A stretch of DNA of 64,000 nucleotides from the NCBI RefSeq assembly GCF_006345805.1, contig NW_021830031.1, positions 1-64,000 of the forward strand, in the 5' to 3' direction. This DNA is from Octopus sinensis. Taxonomy: Eukaryota. This document shows, piece after piece, positions 1-11,521 of this stretch (positions are counted from its first letter, which is position 1; each line of letters starts with the position of its first letter). The notes under the pieces were generated by a model. It was not told the DNA's origin. It made no database searches and was given only the letters and a program-made list of their open reading frames with translations. The position numbers and the translations under genes are program-made.

Positions 1-199
1 TTAATATATACACTGTGTTAATTACAAAAAACAAGTTTATCTTGTTTCCTTATTTTTTTTTATAGAAATCAAAAGGTACTTTTACTCATTGGATTAAGCG
101 AGTAAATCGGACATTGAAAAAATACATATAACTTAACTATCTTCGATTTTTTATAAGATGTATGCTTTTAAATCAAGGAAAATTTTGAAAAAAAATGAG

Positions 200-764
200 A
201 TAGTCAGTTTATTTAGAATGATAATTTTTAAAACAAGGAGTTACACAAAAGTTATCTTGCGGACATCACACATTTATCCGCTTTCTTTCGAATCTTCTTC
301 CTTAGTGTCTCTTCTCTGCGCATTTTGTACAAGACTTGTAGGGTTCTTTTTCTTATCACTTGGTGGATAAGTGACCAGCTGGGGCAAATCTTGTGGATGT
401 GGGATTGATGATGGTCTTCCTGGTTTGTAGGAGGCAATAAGGGCCCATATTTTTCAATAATCTTGGTGATTATTTGCATTCTAAATTTCAGCGGTTCATA
501 GCAGAAGCTGAAGTTTTCCAAAGATGCTTTATACAAAACATAAGCATTCCAGATAGCCAAATCCATCAAATGAAAAAATACTTTTTTTTTTTTAAACAAC
601 ACGAGTAAATTCATGATTGCTCAAAAATGAAACGACACAAAACAAATAAACTCGTTTGAGTGCTAAAATTAAAAGTTAATTTTGACCGAGTATACTCGTC
701 TGGTTCTAAAAAGATACATTTGCCATGCACAAGTAAACTCGGGATAATCCAATTAAGGGGTTAA
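200..764 (-). mobile_element. Internally deleted piggyBac-type DNA transposon (5' end fused to a decayed transposase C-terminus)
   Basis: Minus-strand KKVFFHLMDLAIWNAYVLYK (piggyBac/PGBD C-terminal motif). A frameshifted Cys-rich tail follows, ending CVTPCFKNYHSK*. The end reads GGGG|TTAA at 757-764, with a subterminal palindrome CGAGTATACTCG near 687-698. Confidence 0.8.
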
Positions 765-813
765 ATTTCTTCAATAACCCTGTTTATAGGATTGTCCTAC
801 CAACCTATGTACA

Positions 814-1030
814 TATTCTTTTATTCTTTTACTTGTTTCAGCCATTTGACTGCGGCCATACTGGAGTACCAACTTGAAGGGGTATAGCCGAAGAAACCGA
901 CCCCCCAGGACTTATTCATGTAACCCTAGTACTTATTCAGTTGTTCTGTTTTGCTGAACCGCTAGGGACATAAACACACCAGCATCAGTTGTCAAACAAC
1001 AGTTGGTTAGACAGACACAGATACACACAC
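814..1030 (-). mobile_element. SINE family A, tail A1 (3' half)
   Basis: TATTCTTTTATTCTTTTACTTGTTTCAGCCATTTGACTGCGGCC... matches the full copy at 18725-19140. Confidence 0.75.
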
Positions 1031-1124
1031 ATAAATACATACATACATACACACACAAATACATACATACATGCATACACACACACACAAACACACACAC
1101 ACACACATATATAAATATATATAT

Positions 1125-1250
1125 AGAGAGAGAGAACAATAAGAAAATGGAGGGGATCAATAGGTGGTTCATCAACTTTAGACATTACATTACGTCAATT
1201 TATTTATTTACTAAAAGGACAATTATAACAATATACATACATGTATAACA
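1125..1250. repeat. Unclassified dispersed repeat (inverted copy at about 61005-61125)
   Basis: AATAAGAAAATGGAGGGGATCAATAGGTGGTTCATCAACTTT is present as its reverse complement at 61078-61120. Confidence 0.65.
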
Positions 1251-1289
1251 TTGGATTCACAACCTCTAACTTCCTTGGAATATATATAT

Positions 1290-1357
<68 letters not shown>

Positions 1358-1383
1358 AAAAAAACAGAGAAAAAAGAAAAGAC

Positions 1384-1462
1384 AGGCTTCCTCAGCTTCT
1401 GTCTATCGTTCACAAGGTTTCGGTCAGCCCAAAGCTATAGTAGAGGACACTTGCCTGAGGTG
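1384..1462 (-). mobile_element. SINE A body fragment, head-to-head with the next copy
   Basis: GGCTTC..CACAAGGTTTCGGTCAGCCC..GACACTTGCCTGAGGTG is the reverse complement of the A body. Confidence 0.65.
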
Positions 1463-1850
1463 TTGCCAACCACAAAGTTTCAGTTTCACTCCCACCTTGG
1501 GCAAGCATCTTCTATCACGGCCTCAGGCTGACCAAAGCCTTGGGAGTGGATTTGGTTGAAGGAAACTGAAAGAAGCCTACCAAATGAAAGACGTGTGTGT
1601 GTGTTTGTGTTTCTTCATTTTGACATTGCATGATAGTTGTAAATGAGTGCCACTGTCATACAAGCAGTGTAGTTCAGTCCCAATATTCTGTAAAAAACAT
1701 GTCAAGGTGTGTAGAAATAGAGGAGGGTTGGGGGACAGGAAGGGTATCCAGCCATAGAAAAAAAACCTGCCTTCATAAACTCCATCCAACCCATTCAAGC
1801 AGGGAAAATTGAACATTAAAATGATGATGATGATGATGATGATGAATTTA
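1463..1850 (+). mobile_element. SINE head A with tail A2 ending in (GAT)n
   Basis: A body, then TTGACATTGCATGATAGTTGTAAATGAG...GGAAGGGTATCCAGCCATAGAAA...ACATTAAAATGATGATG. Confidence 0.65.
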
Positions 1851-1984
1851 AAAAGATTAATGATAAATAAAAAAAATTTTAAATGCAAATAAAAAGAGGC
1901 TACACATTTAAAACTCTTTTTATCATTTCTAATAATAACTCAGGCCTTGCCCTAAAAATATAGAAGTATGTGCCCTTCCTCCAT

Positions 1985-2280
1985 TCAGATAAACCTTAAA
2001 ACATACCTCACTCAACGTCTAGCCGTATAAACCTTGAAAAGTTCTCCCCTCCCTCTACATACATATATCCTGGGAGGTGCAAACCACCCCCCACCACTGC
2101 TGCTGCCACCGCCACCAGACATATAACCCTTCAAAGGTATGTGTCCCCCCCCCACTGTTTACTCTAGATATGTAAGCCTTAAAGGGTGCAACTCGCCACC
2201 CACACCCATAGTGCCAAGATATAAACTTTGAAGGATACATCACAATCCACTCTCGACATATAAACCTTGAAGATTGCCCT
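1985..2280. repeat. Degenerate tandem array, about 7 units of core ACATATAAACCTTGAAGG with C-rich variable linkers
   Basis: Cores near 1988, 2025, 2061, 2118, 2166, 2217 and 2255. Confidence 0.5.
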
Positions 2281-2382
2281 GATAACCAAAGATGGGTTGG
2301 TTATATGAAGAATTTTGATTATACACAAGTTCCATTTGTTAGTTATTTAACCAAATACAATTAACCTCATCTTTATAATTTA

Positions 2383-2600
2383 TACTCTTTTACACTTTTA
2401 CTCGTTTCAGTCATTTTGACTGTGGCCATGCTGGAGCACCACCTTTAGTCGAGCAAATCGACACCAGGACCTATTCTTTGTAAGCCTAGTACTTATTCTA
2501 TCGGTCTCTCTTTTGCCAAACTGTTACGGGGACATAAACATACCTCCATCGGTTGTCAAGCGATGTTGGGGGAACAAACACAGACACACAAACATATACA
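2383..2600 (-). mobile_element. SINE A1 3' half
   Basis: Homologous to the 18725-19140 tail. Confidence 0.75.
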
Positions 2601-2616
2601 TGATTTGGCATGGTTT

Positions 2617-2830
2617 TCTATGGCTGTGCCAAGGATAAGTGCCCCTATGGCTGTGCCCAGGGCATTTGACTCTATGGTTGAGCCTAGGGCAATTGCACCC
2701 TCTGGCTGTGTCCTGAGCAACTGCTCCTTTGGCTGTGCGCAGGGCCAGTGCCCTGGCTACACAAGGTGCACCTACCCCTTATGGTTGCGCTAAAAGCAAC
2801 TGCTCCCATGTGCTACATCACTGCCACTGA
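2617..2830. repeat. 27-bp minisatellite, about 7-8 degenerate copies
   Basis: CTATGGCTGTGCCAAGGATAAGTGCCC / CTATGGCTGTGCCCAGGGCATTTGACT / CTATGGTTGAGCCTAGGGCAATTGCAC. Confidence 0.7.
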
Positions 2831-3199
2831 TGGGCCCAGAACCATTCTCTAGTTCCATGGAATGAAGAGGAGGAAGAACAAATTGCCACCCACCTACCCT
2901 GGATTAACCACCCGTCTGTGTATCAAGGATGACCGGGTCCTTATCTATCCAAGCAAACACTCTAACCAAAACATTGAGCAGTTTAGGGATGAACTAAGGT
3001 AAAGTAGGATGAAATGTACTAAACCCCAGAAAAAGAATGGAAAAAAAAAATAAAGAGACCTTCATCAAATTTGAACTGCCTACCTCTGAGTTGGTAGTCC
3101 AATAATTTATCTACCCTAACGTATTGTAACTACAGACAAAATGGCATGGACAAAGACAGTGTACTTTATCCAAGGTCATTGTGTCTGTATTGTTTGGAA

Positions 3200-3793
3200 T
3201 CTGGTGTTTCTGGAGAGAACAGCTAGAGAGGGGGAAGTGGGAGGAGACAAAATGAAAGAGATGGAGAAAGTGAGGTGGAGTGGGGTGAAAATAGAGAGAA
3301 AATGGAAATAGAGGGAGAGGCAGATAGTGGGGGAAAGACAGATGGGGAGGCTTCAGTTGCAGGGGGGGGTGAGGAAGATGGGAGAGAGAGGGGTATGGCA
3401 GATGGGAGAAGGACAGACAGAGGTGAGAGAGGAAGGAGAGACAGAGAAGGAGAAGAGGAAGAGAGGCTTGGAAACTGAGAGGGGGGAGAGGGGGAGGCAC
3501 AGCGGGAGAGAAGTGAATACAGGGGGGGAGTTAGAGAGAGAGAGAGAGAGAGAGAAGGTTGAAAAGAGAGGGAGAAGGCTGAAAACAGAGAGTTGGACAG
3601 GGAGAGAGAGGGAGCTGGAGAGAGAGAGTTAGAGAGTGAGAGAGAGTCGGAGAGAGAGAGGGAGAGAGTTGAGAAAGGAGAGAGAGAGAGTCAGAGAGAG
3701 ATAGAGAGTGGGAGAAAGTTGAAGAGAGGGAGAGAGAGTTAGACAGAAAGAGAGTTGGACAGAGAGAGAGTGAAAGAGGTTACAAAGAGAAGG

Positions 3794-3838
<45 letters not shown>

Positions 3839-3882
3839 AAATAGAAAAAAATAGAGAGAGAGGGACAGATAGAGAGAAACAG

Positions 3883-3921
<39 letters not shown>

Positions 3922-3930
3922 GAGTACAGC
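3200..3930. repeat. Polypurine (AG)n-rich tract
   Basis: About 700 bp that is almost all A/G on the + strand. Confidence 0.9.
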
Positions 3931-4322
3931 AGACACAAAATACCATTCACTGGTTCCATAGTAAATTATAAGTGTGACATTGAAAGGTTTATGTTACATG
4001 CTTTTGTATCCAGCTTCATTGATTCGGTAGACATTAGACATTATCGTGGTGGTTTTCATGTCCACTTTTCCCATGTTTGTGTGGGTCAAACAGAATTCAT
4101 TGAGGTAGAATTTCTGCAGTCCTATTGCCAACCCTCACCAATTTCCAAACAAGGTAATATATTTCCACACTGACATGCATTTTTTTTTTTTTTTTTCCAT
4201 GGAAGACAGGGAAACCAACAACATCACTTGTATGATGATGAGGCAGATTTACAAGCATCACATGATGTTGAGACAAGATATGCGCATATACATGCACATA
4301 TATAAATATTAATGATAAACGT

Positions 4323-4623
4323 CACCCTTTTCAAGCCTAGCCAGGCTCATGGGCCCGGTTTCCCGGTTTCTGTGGCGTATGTGTTCTCCCAGCTGGACAG
4401 GACGCCAGTCCATCGCAGCGTTACTCAAGAAACAGGAAGAAAGAGTGAGAGAAAGTTGTGGCGAAAGAGTACAACAGGGGTCGCCACCACCCCCTGCCGG
4501 AGCCTCGTGGAACTTTTAGGCGTTTTCAGTCAATAAACACACACAACACCCGGTCTGGGAATCAAAACTGCAATCCTCTGACCGCGAGTCCGCTGCCCTA
4601 ACCACTGGGCCATTTGCACCTCC
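4323..4623 (-). mobile_element. tRNA-derived SINE, head E with tail 3
   Basis: Minus strand GGCCCAGTGGTTAGGG (A box) ... GTTTTGATTCCC (B box) ... GCGATGGACTGGCGTCCTGTCCAG...GAAACCGGGAAACCGGGCCC. Confidence 0.75.
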
Positions 4624-4640
4624 ACATATATAAATATACA

Positions 4641-4823
4641 TACCATATTTTAATGTGTATAAGGAAACCTCGTGTGTAAGGAACAAACTAATATTTGGGG
4701 CTTAAAATTTAGAAAAAAGGGTTTGTAAGGGATTATAATACTGTCCATGTATAAGAAACACCCATATTTTTTTAACCTAATTTTTGACAAAAAAGGGTTC
4801 CTTATACACGTTAAAATATGGTA
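4641..4823. mobile_element. Tc1/mariner-superfamily (pogo/Tc2-like) MITE
   Basis: 24-bp TIRs TACCATATTTTAATGTGTATAAGG / CCTTATACACGTTAAAATATGGTA, with TA at both ends. Confidence 0.8.
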
Positions 4824-4829
4824 TATGCA

Positions 4830-5140
4830 CAAATCTAGGAAAAGGAGCAGGTAAAATATAGCCTACATATGTTTCCGAGCTACAGACCCTCAGAAGTAGT
4901 ACTTACACAACCTGGGGTAAACCATTAGCTACTCATCAGGCCAAAGGTACCTTTGTTAATTCTACTGTGAATTAACATGGGATCCCTTGATGGCAATGTA
5001 ACCTTCATTTGACTAAGGCATCTTTGGCCTGGGGGGTAGCTAGTGGATTACCCCTCCTTTGGGTAATTACTACTTCCAAGGTTCTGCTACCTATGAAACA
5101 AATGTAGCCTGGATTTTACCGACTCCATTCCCTAAATTTG
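4830..5140. mobile_element. Diverged foldback (palindromic) element
   Basis: Arms of about 120 bp are reverse-complementary (roughly three quarters identity by eye) around the central hairpin TGTTAATTC-tactgt-GAATTAACA. A one-arm copy lies at about 44045-44150. Confidence 0.7.
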
Positions 5141-5721
5141 GGTTTTTATTTACATACACAGCAACCCCAGTTGCTAACTGTGAACTATAGATAAACATTT
5201 TTTTTCAGTTTATCGAATTTTGATATTATGAGAAAAGCTTACAACGTTCTTTGTCAATAAACTATTATTGTTCTAGAAGGTTGTTTTTTTATACATTCTA
5301 TGGACTGCTCAAACCTTACTAACTACCTAAACCTGGATCCTGGGACCTCAGCTTAACATGTAAACATGTGTGTACGTATGTGGTGGGAACAGGCTTCTTT
5401 GAGTTCCTATCTATCAAATCCACTCCCAAGACTTTGGCCAGCCTGCAGTTCTTGTAGAAGACACTTTCCCAATGTGTGCCGTGCAGTAGGATTGAACCTG
5501 GAACCATATGACTGAGAAGCAAACTGAAGTAATGCAAGATGAAATGCTTTGCTCAAGGACAGAATGATCTGTCTGGTTGAGAAATTGAACCCACAACCTT
5601 CTAATCATGAGCAACAAGAGCTGGAAGATTTGCCACTGTGTAGCTTGTCCCACATGGTCCTGATTCTGCCAGCTCACCACCTCAATAACAAAAACAACAA
5701 CAACAATACTAATAATAATAA

Positions 5722-5947
5722 TAATAATCCTTTCTACTGGAAGCACAAGGCCTCAAATTTAGGGGAAAGGGTTAAGTCAATGACAACGACCTCAGTGCAT
5801 AACTGGTACTTATTTTATCGACCCCCGAAAGGATGAAGGGCAAAGTCGACCACGGCAGAATTTGAACTCAGAACATAGCGACAGAAGACAAAATACCGCT
5901 AAGCATTTCGCCCAGCATGCTAACAATTCTGGCAGCTCGCTGCCTTA
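5722..5947 (-). mobile_element. tRNA-derived SINE C, tail C1
   Basis: Minus strand AAGGCAGCGAGCTG..GAGTTCAAATTC..CCTTCATCCTTTCGGGGGTCGATAAAATAAGTACCAG. The core resembles the Nin/Deu-type SINE domain (from memory). Confidence 0.75.
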
Positions 5948-5956
5948 ATAATAATA

Positions 5957-5994
<38 letters not shown>

Positions 5995-6607
5995 TAATAC
6001 ACTTGCAACTAGTGGACAAACATTGGCTCTATTTAAATTATGATAAAAAAGGGAGGTAAGTCCAGTAATATCATCCAATCTAAACTTTTGAAGGTTTTTT
6101 GATTTACAGAATACTGCTTAGAGTAGAAGACTGAGGAATTTGTATGTTCCTATATGTCCTAGTACATATATGAGCAACATATTACAGACATGGGGAGTTG
6201 TGTATATTTTTATATATAAATACACATGTGTGGTGTCTTTAGTATGAACAGAATTTAAGCACTCAATAAGACAGAGCATATGGAATACATTACAAAAATT
6301 ATATACCAATTAACTGTTTCCTGGCATAGAAATAGTTCTGCAAAGCAAGTAGCTGATGTTTATAAAGACAACCTGTTTCATAAAACAATTAGTGTGCCAG
6401 AAAGCAGTTAACCTGCATTTTAGCATACATACATATGTGTGTGTGTGTGTGTCTATATATATATATATCATCATCATCATTATCATTTAACATCTGGCAT
6501 TCATGCCGGTATGTGTTGAACAATTTGACATGGTCTGATGAGTTAGAAGAATGTGCATAATGACACAGTACTTTGAACATACACACACACACACATTGTG
6601 CATGTAA

Positions 6608-6641
<34 letters not shown>

Positions 6642-6819
6642 CAAAATATGTTACATTACTCGATAGTCAAGATAAAACTCTGAGTTTCAGATGCCGAAGT
6701 GGGAATCCACAACCTCTCTTCGGTTATCTGGCTATTTCATATTTACATAATATTGATCTCTTTCTTTCTTTTGTTATCTTACCGTTTTACCAATATATAT
6801 ATATATATCTTAGGGCAAA

Positions 6820-7122
6820 GGACGCACGGTCATAGGACTGCAGTTTCGATTCCCAGGCCGGACGTTGTGAGTGTTTATTGAGCTTAAATACACCTAAAGC
6901 TCCACGAGGTTCTGGCAGGGGGTAGTGGCAATCCCTGCTGTACTCTTTCACCACAACTTTCTCTCACTCTTCCTTTTTCTGTTGCACCTGTACCATGTCA
7001 CACTCTGAGTCATGCTCAGTCTCTCCAAGAACTACATTAAGGGTACATGTGTCTGTGGAGTGCATGTTAATTTCACAAGCAGGTTGTTTTGTTGATCGGA
7101 TCAACTGGAACCGACAGAGTGC
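6820..7122 (+). mobile_element. SINE head E with tail 2
   Basis: The head matches 4623-4440. The tail AACTACATTAAGGGTACATGTGTCTGTGGAGTGC..GTTGATCGGATCAACTGGAACC matches the D2 tail at 26330-26410 and 41930-42050. Confidence 0.7.
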
Positions 7123-7170
7123 CACAATATATATATATATATACGATATATATATATATATATATATATA

Positions 7171-7608
7171 ATCATCACCATCATTATCATCATTTAACAT
7201 TTGTTTTCCATGCTGACATGGGTTAGATGGTTTGAATGGAAGTGGTAAGCCAGAGAGCTGCACCAGGTTCCAGCCTGTTTTGGTTTGGTTTCTGCAGCTG
7301 GATGCCCTTCCTAATGCCAGCCATTCCATAGAGTATACTGAGTGCCTTTTACATATCACTGGGTGCCTTTTGTGTGCTGGTGCCACGTAAAAGGCAGCAT
7401 GCCAATGCCACATAAAAAGCAACCCGTACACTTTGTAAAGTAGCTGGCATTAAGAAGTCACATCCCGCTGTAGAAACCATTGCAAAACCTGGTTGGAACC
7501 TGGTGCAGCCCTCCAGCTGACCAATTCCTGTCATACCATCCAACCTATGCCCTCATGGGAAACAGACGTTAAAAGATGATGAGGCGGATGATGATGATGA
7601 TGATGATG
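7171..7608. mobile_element. Two RTE-LINE 3' ends fused head-to-head (inverted dimer)
   Basis: Minus copy 7171-7375 and plus copy 7378-7608, with (CAT)/(GAT) tails at the outer ends. Confidence 0.7.
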
Positions 7609-7784
7609 GAGACAATAATAGGAAGCATGAAGCTGGTATTTCTTTTGTCTCATATCTGTTACAATCGTTCCAGCAATCTACCATGGAATGCAGTACAACA
7701 CAGATATTATCAAGAGGTGCAACCAATATGCTAATTTGCTGCACACCGAGTGCAACCATTTCCACGTTATGTATAAATATATAT

Positions 7785-8028
7785 GAGGTAGTGAGTTCAA
7801 TTTCTGGACCAGCTGTGTGTTGAGTTCTTGAGCAAGACACTTTGTTTCACGTTGCTCCAGTTCACTCAGCTGTAGAAATGAGCTGCGATGTCACTGATGC
7901 CAATCTGTATTGGGCTTTGCTTTTCCTTGGGTAACATCGAAGATGTGGAGATGGGAGGCTGAGGTATGCATGGGCAACTACTGGTCTTCCATAAAATAAT
8001 CTTGCCTGGACTTGTGCCTTGGAAGGGG
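7785..8028 (+). mobile_element. SINE head D (CORE-like) with tail D1, truncated
   Basis: GTTCTTGAGCAAGACACT..TTGCTCCAGTTCACTCAGCTGTAGAAATGAG; matches 15098-15425. Confidence 0.7.
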
Positions 8029-8031
8029 AAA

Positions 8032-8355
8032 ATCATCATCATCATCGTTTAACGTCCGTTCTCCATGCTAGCATGGGTTGGACGGTTCGACTGGGGATCT
8101 GGGAAGCCAGAAGGCTGCACCAGGCTCCAGTCTGATCTGGCAGTGTTTCTACAGCTGGATGCCCTTCCTAATGCCAACCACTCCGTGAGTGTAGTGGGTG
8201 CTTTTTACGTACCACCTGCGAAGGTGCCAGGCGAGGCTGGCAACGGCCACGATCAGATTGGTGCATTTTACGTGCCACCGGCACGGAAGCCAGTCAAGGC
8301 GGCGCTGGCATCAGCCACGATTCAGATGGTGCTTTTTATGAGCCACCGGCACATG
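8032..8355 (-). mobile_element. RTE-LINE 3' UTR fragment
   Basis: Reverse complement of 35870-36175, including the sub-repeats. Confidence 0.8.
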
Positions 8356-8429
8356 AACACACTACGTGAAATCTCATGGTCATTCATGACCAAAGGGGGG
8401 CTCCTTCCTTCTATATATAACCTAATGAT

Positions 8430-8657
8430 ATAACCCCTTAGCATTCAGATTGCTCCGTCAAATGTAATGTTTAATTATTCGTATTGCTTCGTGTTAATCC
8501 AGCATTATCTTGTAGCTTTGAACTTTTGACGATGTGGTTGTTTGTTTTTAGAATGACATTGTAGGGTAAGTGTAAGAGGCTGGATATGGTCACTTTGAAC
8601 ATAAAACAGGAAGGATATTTGGGCTGGATATGGCTGGTTTAAATGCTAAAATATTAA
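8430..8657. mobile_element. piggyBac-like MITE (family 1)
   Basis: Ends TAACCCCTTAGCATTCAG..TTTAAATGCTAAAATATTAA. An inverted copy lies at 52536-52730 and an end fragment AATCTGAATGCTAAAGAGTTAA at about 10975-10996. Confidence 0.55.
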
Positions 8658-9329
8658 GAAAAAATATATAGCAGCTTCTTCTGCATGGAAACTTAATAGC
8701 AAAGAGGGTGCTTTTATATAATACAAGTAATAATCCAAAACGCTTTTACTGAAATTAACGATGGGAACAATTATATTCTAAATTACTAATTACGGTTAAA
8801 AAAAATTAATGAAATAAAGGTAGAGGGAAACAACCTTGAAATTTTTATTAATTATAATTAATTAAATGTGGAATGCAATAGAGAGGGCCACAATAGACAT
8901 GTATGTATATGTGTATGTATGTACGAGTTTACATATGTATATATATATGTATATGTTTGCATGTGTGTGTGTGTGTGTATGTGTGTGCATTTGAGATTAC
9001 TGCTATACAATCATTCATAAAGACCATGTGTACTTATACACACACAGCTTCACAGTAATTCATACATACCTACACAGCTATTCATGCACAAATACATATT
9101 TACACATACACACACACACACACACACATACATTGCTCTATAACCATACATACACACGGAGCTATACATATATACACACGCATCGTTCTGTAATCATTCC
9201 TACAAAGACTTTCTGAGACACATGCATACTTACCCACCCATCCATCCACACACACACACACACCTCATTCACAGCTATTCACAGATATGCACACATAAAT
9301 ACAATCATACAACTACTACCATTATCCAC

Positions 9330-9950
9330 ACAGATTACACACACAAGCACACGCGACCAAACACTCCAACACTACCACACACACACACGACGAAACGCTT
9401 CAACACTACCACACACACACACACACAGAGAACCACACAATCCTTTACACACATAGATACACATACACAAACTGAGAAACACCTACTTACATAACCATTC
9501 ACACACACAAACACACATACAGTCCTACATATACACACATGCACATACAGAGAGGCCTACCTACACACACACACACACACATGCACACATGACCAAACGC
9601 TTCAACACTACCACACACACACACAGAACCACGCAATCCTTTACACACATAGATACACATACACAAACTGAGAAACACCTACTTACATAACCATTCACAC
9701 ACACACACACACATACAAGCCTACCTACACACACAGAGGCCTCCCTACACACACACAGGCCTACCTACACACACACACACACAGAGGACTCCCTACACAC
9801 ACATACACACACACAGGCCTCCCTACACACACATACACACACACAGGCCCACCTACACACACATACATACACACACAAATAGAGGCCTCCCCCCATGCAC
9901 ACACACTCACATACATACATACACACACAGTGGCCTACCTAGCTATCTAC
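9330..9950. repeat. CA-rich compound repeat with a roughly 200-bp internal duplication and AGGCCT(A/C)CCTACACAC units
   Basis: AAACGCTTCAACACTACC...CTTACATAACCATTC occurs twice (about 9393 and 9595). Confidence 0.75.
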
Positions 9951-10229
9951 AGGGAGTGAATGTAATATTGAATAGAAAAAGAATGCTAATTCCCACCAAT
10001 ACACGTGATCATTGTGCCACCGCCTACACATTAATCAATGAGCCCAGCGTATATATAGACTGATCTTCAACACACAGCAATAGTAACTACACTAACATTG
10101 CCACTGTTTCTCAGCGTATTTCTGTGTATGCGTAACATATATTTGTGTGTGCATGTATGTGTTTGTGTGTGTTTGTGAATAAATACACATATAAATTTAT
10201 GTCAATGTGTGTGTGTGCTTGTATATATA

Positions 10230-10234
10230 GAGAG

Positions 10235-10267
<33 letters not shown>

Positions 10268-10337
10268 TAGAGACAGAAAGATAGATAGATAGATATACAG
10301 ACAGAAAGATAGATAGATAGATAGGTAGGTAGGGAGG

Positions 10338-10390
<53 letters not shown>

Positions 10391-10430
10391 GGATCGATCG
10401 ATCGATGGGTGGATAGATAGATATAGATAT
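10230..10430. repeat. (GATA)n microsatellite
   Basis: Direct reading. Confidence 0.95.
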
Positions 10431-10579
10431 CATCGTTTAACGTCCGTTTCAACCGGGGTCTGGGAAGCCAGGAGGCTGCACCAGGCTCCAGTCTGATCTG
10501 GCAGTATTTCTACAGCTGGATGCCCTTCCTAACGCCAACCACTCCATGAGTGTAGTGGGTGCATTTTACTTGCCACCGG

Positions 10580-10582
<3 letters not shown>
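10428..10582 (-). mobile_element. RTE-LINE 3' end fragment
   Basis: CATCGTTTAACGTCCG..CTACAGCTGGATGCCCTTCCTAACGCC. Confidence 0.75.
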
Positions 10583-10618
<36 letters not shown>

Positions 10619-10628
10619 GCATGTAAAT

Positions 10629-10665
<37 letters not shown>

Positions 10666-11049
10666 ATATATATATACTCATTTATATACATACATCTATA
10701 TGTTAACATGTATATATGTATTTATATAAATATATGGATATATAGTTGCAGACATGGCTGTGTGGTACGATGCTTGCTTCCCAACCACATCGTTCCGGGT
10801 TCAGTCCCAATGTGCGGCACCTAGGGTTAGTCTCTTCTGCTATAGCCATGGTTTCACCAAAGCCATGTGAGTGCTGGTGTGTGTATGTGCATGCAGTGGT
10901 AGTGGTTGTATGACTGGAAAGGCATCCAGCTGTAGAAACAATACAAATAACTAAGCATTGCATTTGACAGGGTAATCTGAATGCTAAAGAGTTAAATCAT
11001 TAGGTCATACATAGAAGGAAGGATCCCCCCCCCCTTTGGTCATGAATGA

Positions 11050-11145
11050 AACTTTGCCAGGATCGGATTGGAGCCTGGTGCAACCTTCTGGCTTGCCAGC
11101 CCTCAGTCAAACCGTCCAACCCATGCCAGCATGGAAAGCAGATGT
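11050..11145 (+). mobile_element. RTE-LINE 3' end fragment
   Basis: GGAGCCTGGTGCAACC..CCAACCCATGCCAGCATGGAAAGCAGATG. Confidence 0.65.
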
Positions 11146-11189
11146 TGATATATATATAATATATATATATATATATGTATTTATGTATG

Positions 11190-11410
11190 TGTGTTGTTGT
11201 GTCTGTCCCCCCATCACTGCTTGACAACCAGTGTTGGTGTGTTTATATCCCCGTGACACAGCAGTTCAGCAAAATAGACTGATAGAATAAGTACTAGGCT
11301 TACAAAGAATAAGTCCGGTGGTTGATTTGTTCAACTAAAACTCTTCGAGGGTGAGCTCCAGCATGGCCGCAGTCAAATGACTGAAACAAGTAAAAGAATA
11401 AAAGAATAAT
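11190..11410 (+). mobile_element. SINE A1 3' half
   Basis: Ends GACTGAAACAAGTAAAAGAATAAAAGAATA. Confidence 0.75.
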
Positions 11411-11521
11411 TATATAAGGATCAAAAGTCCTTCCTGAGCCATAGGGCACATAAGGCCCCACTGAACAGGATGCCAGTTTGTTATAGGATTACTTAAATTT
11501 TGCTGGCTGAATGGTCCAAAG

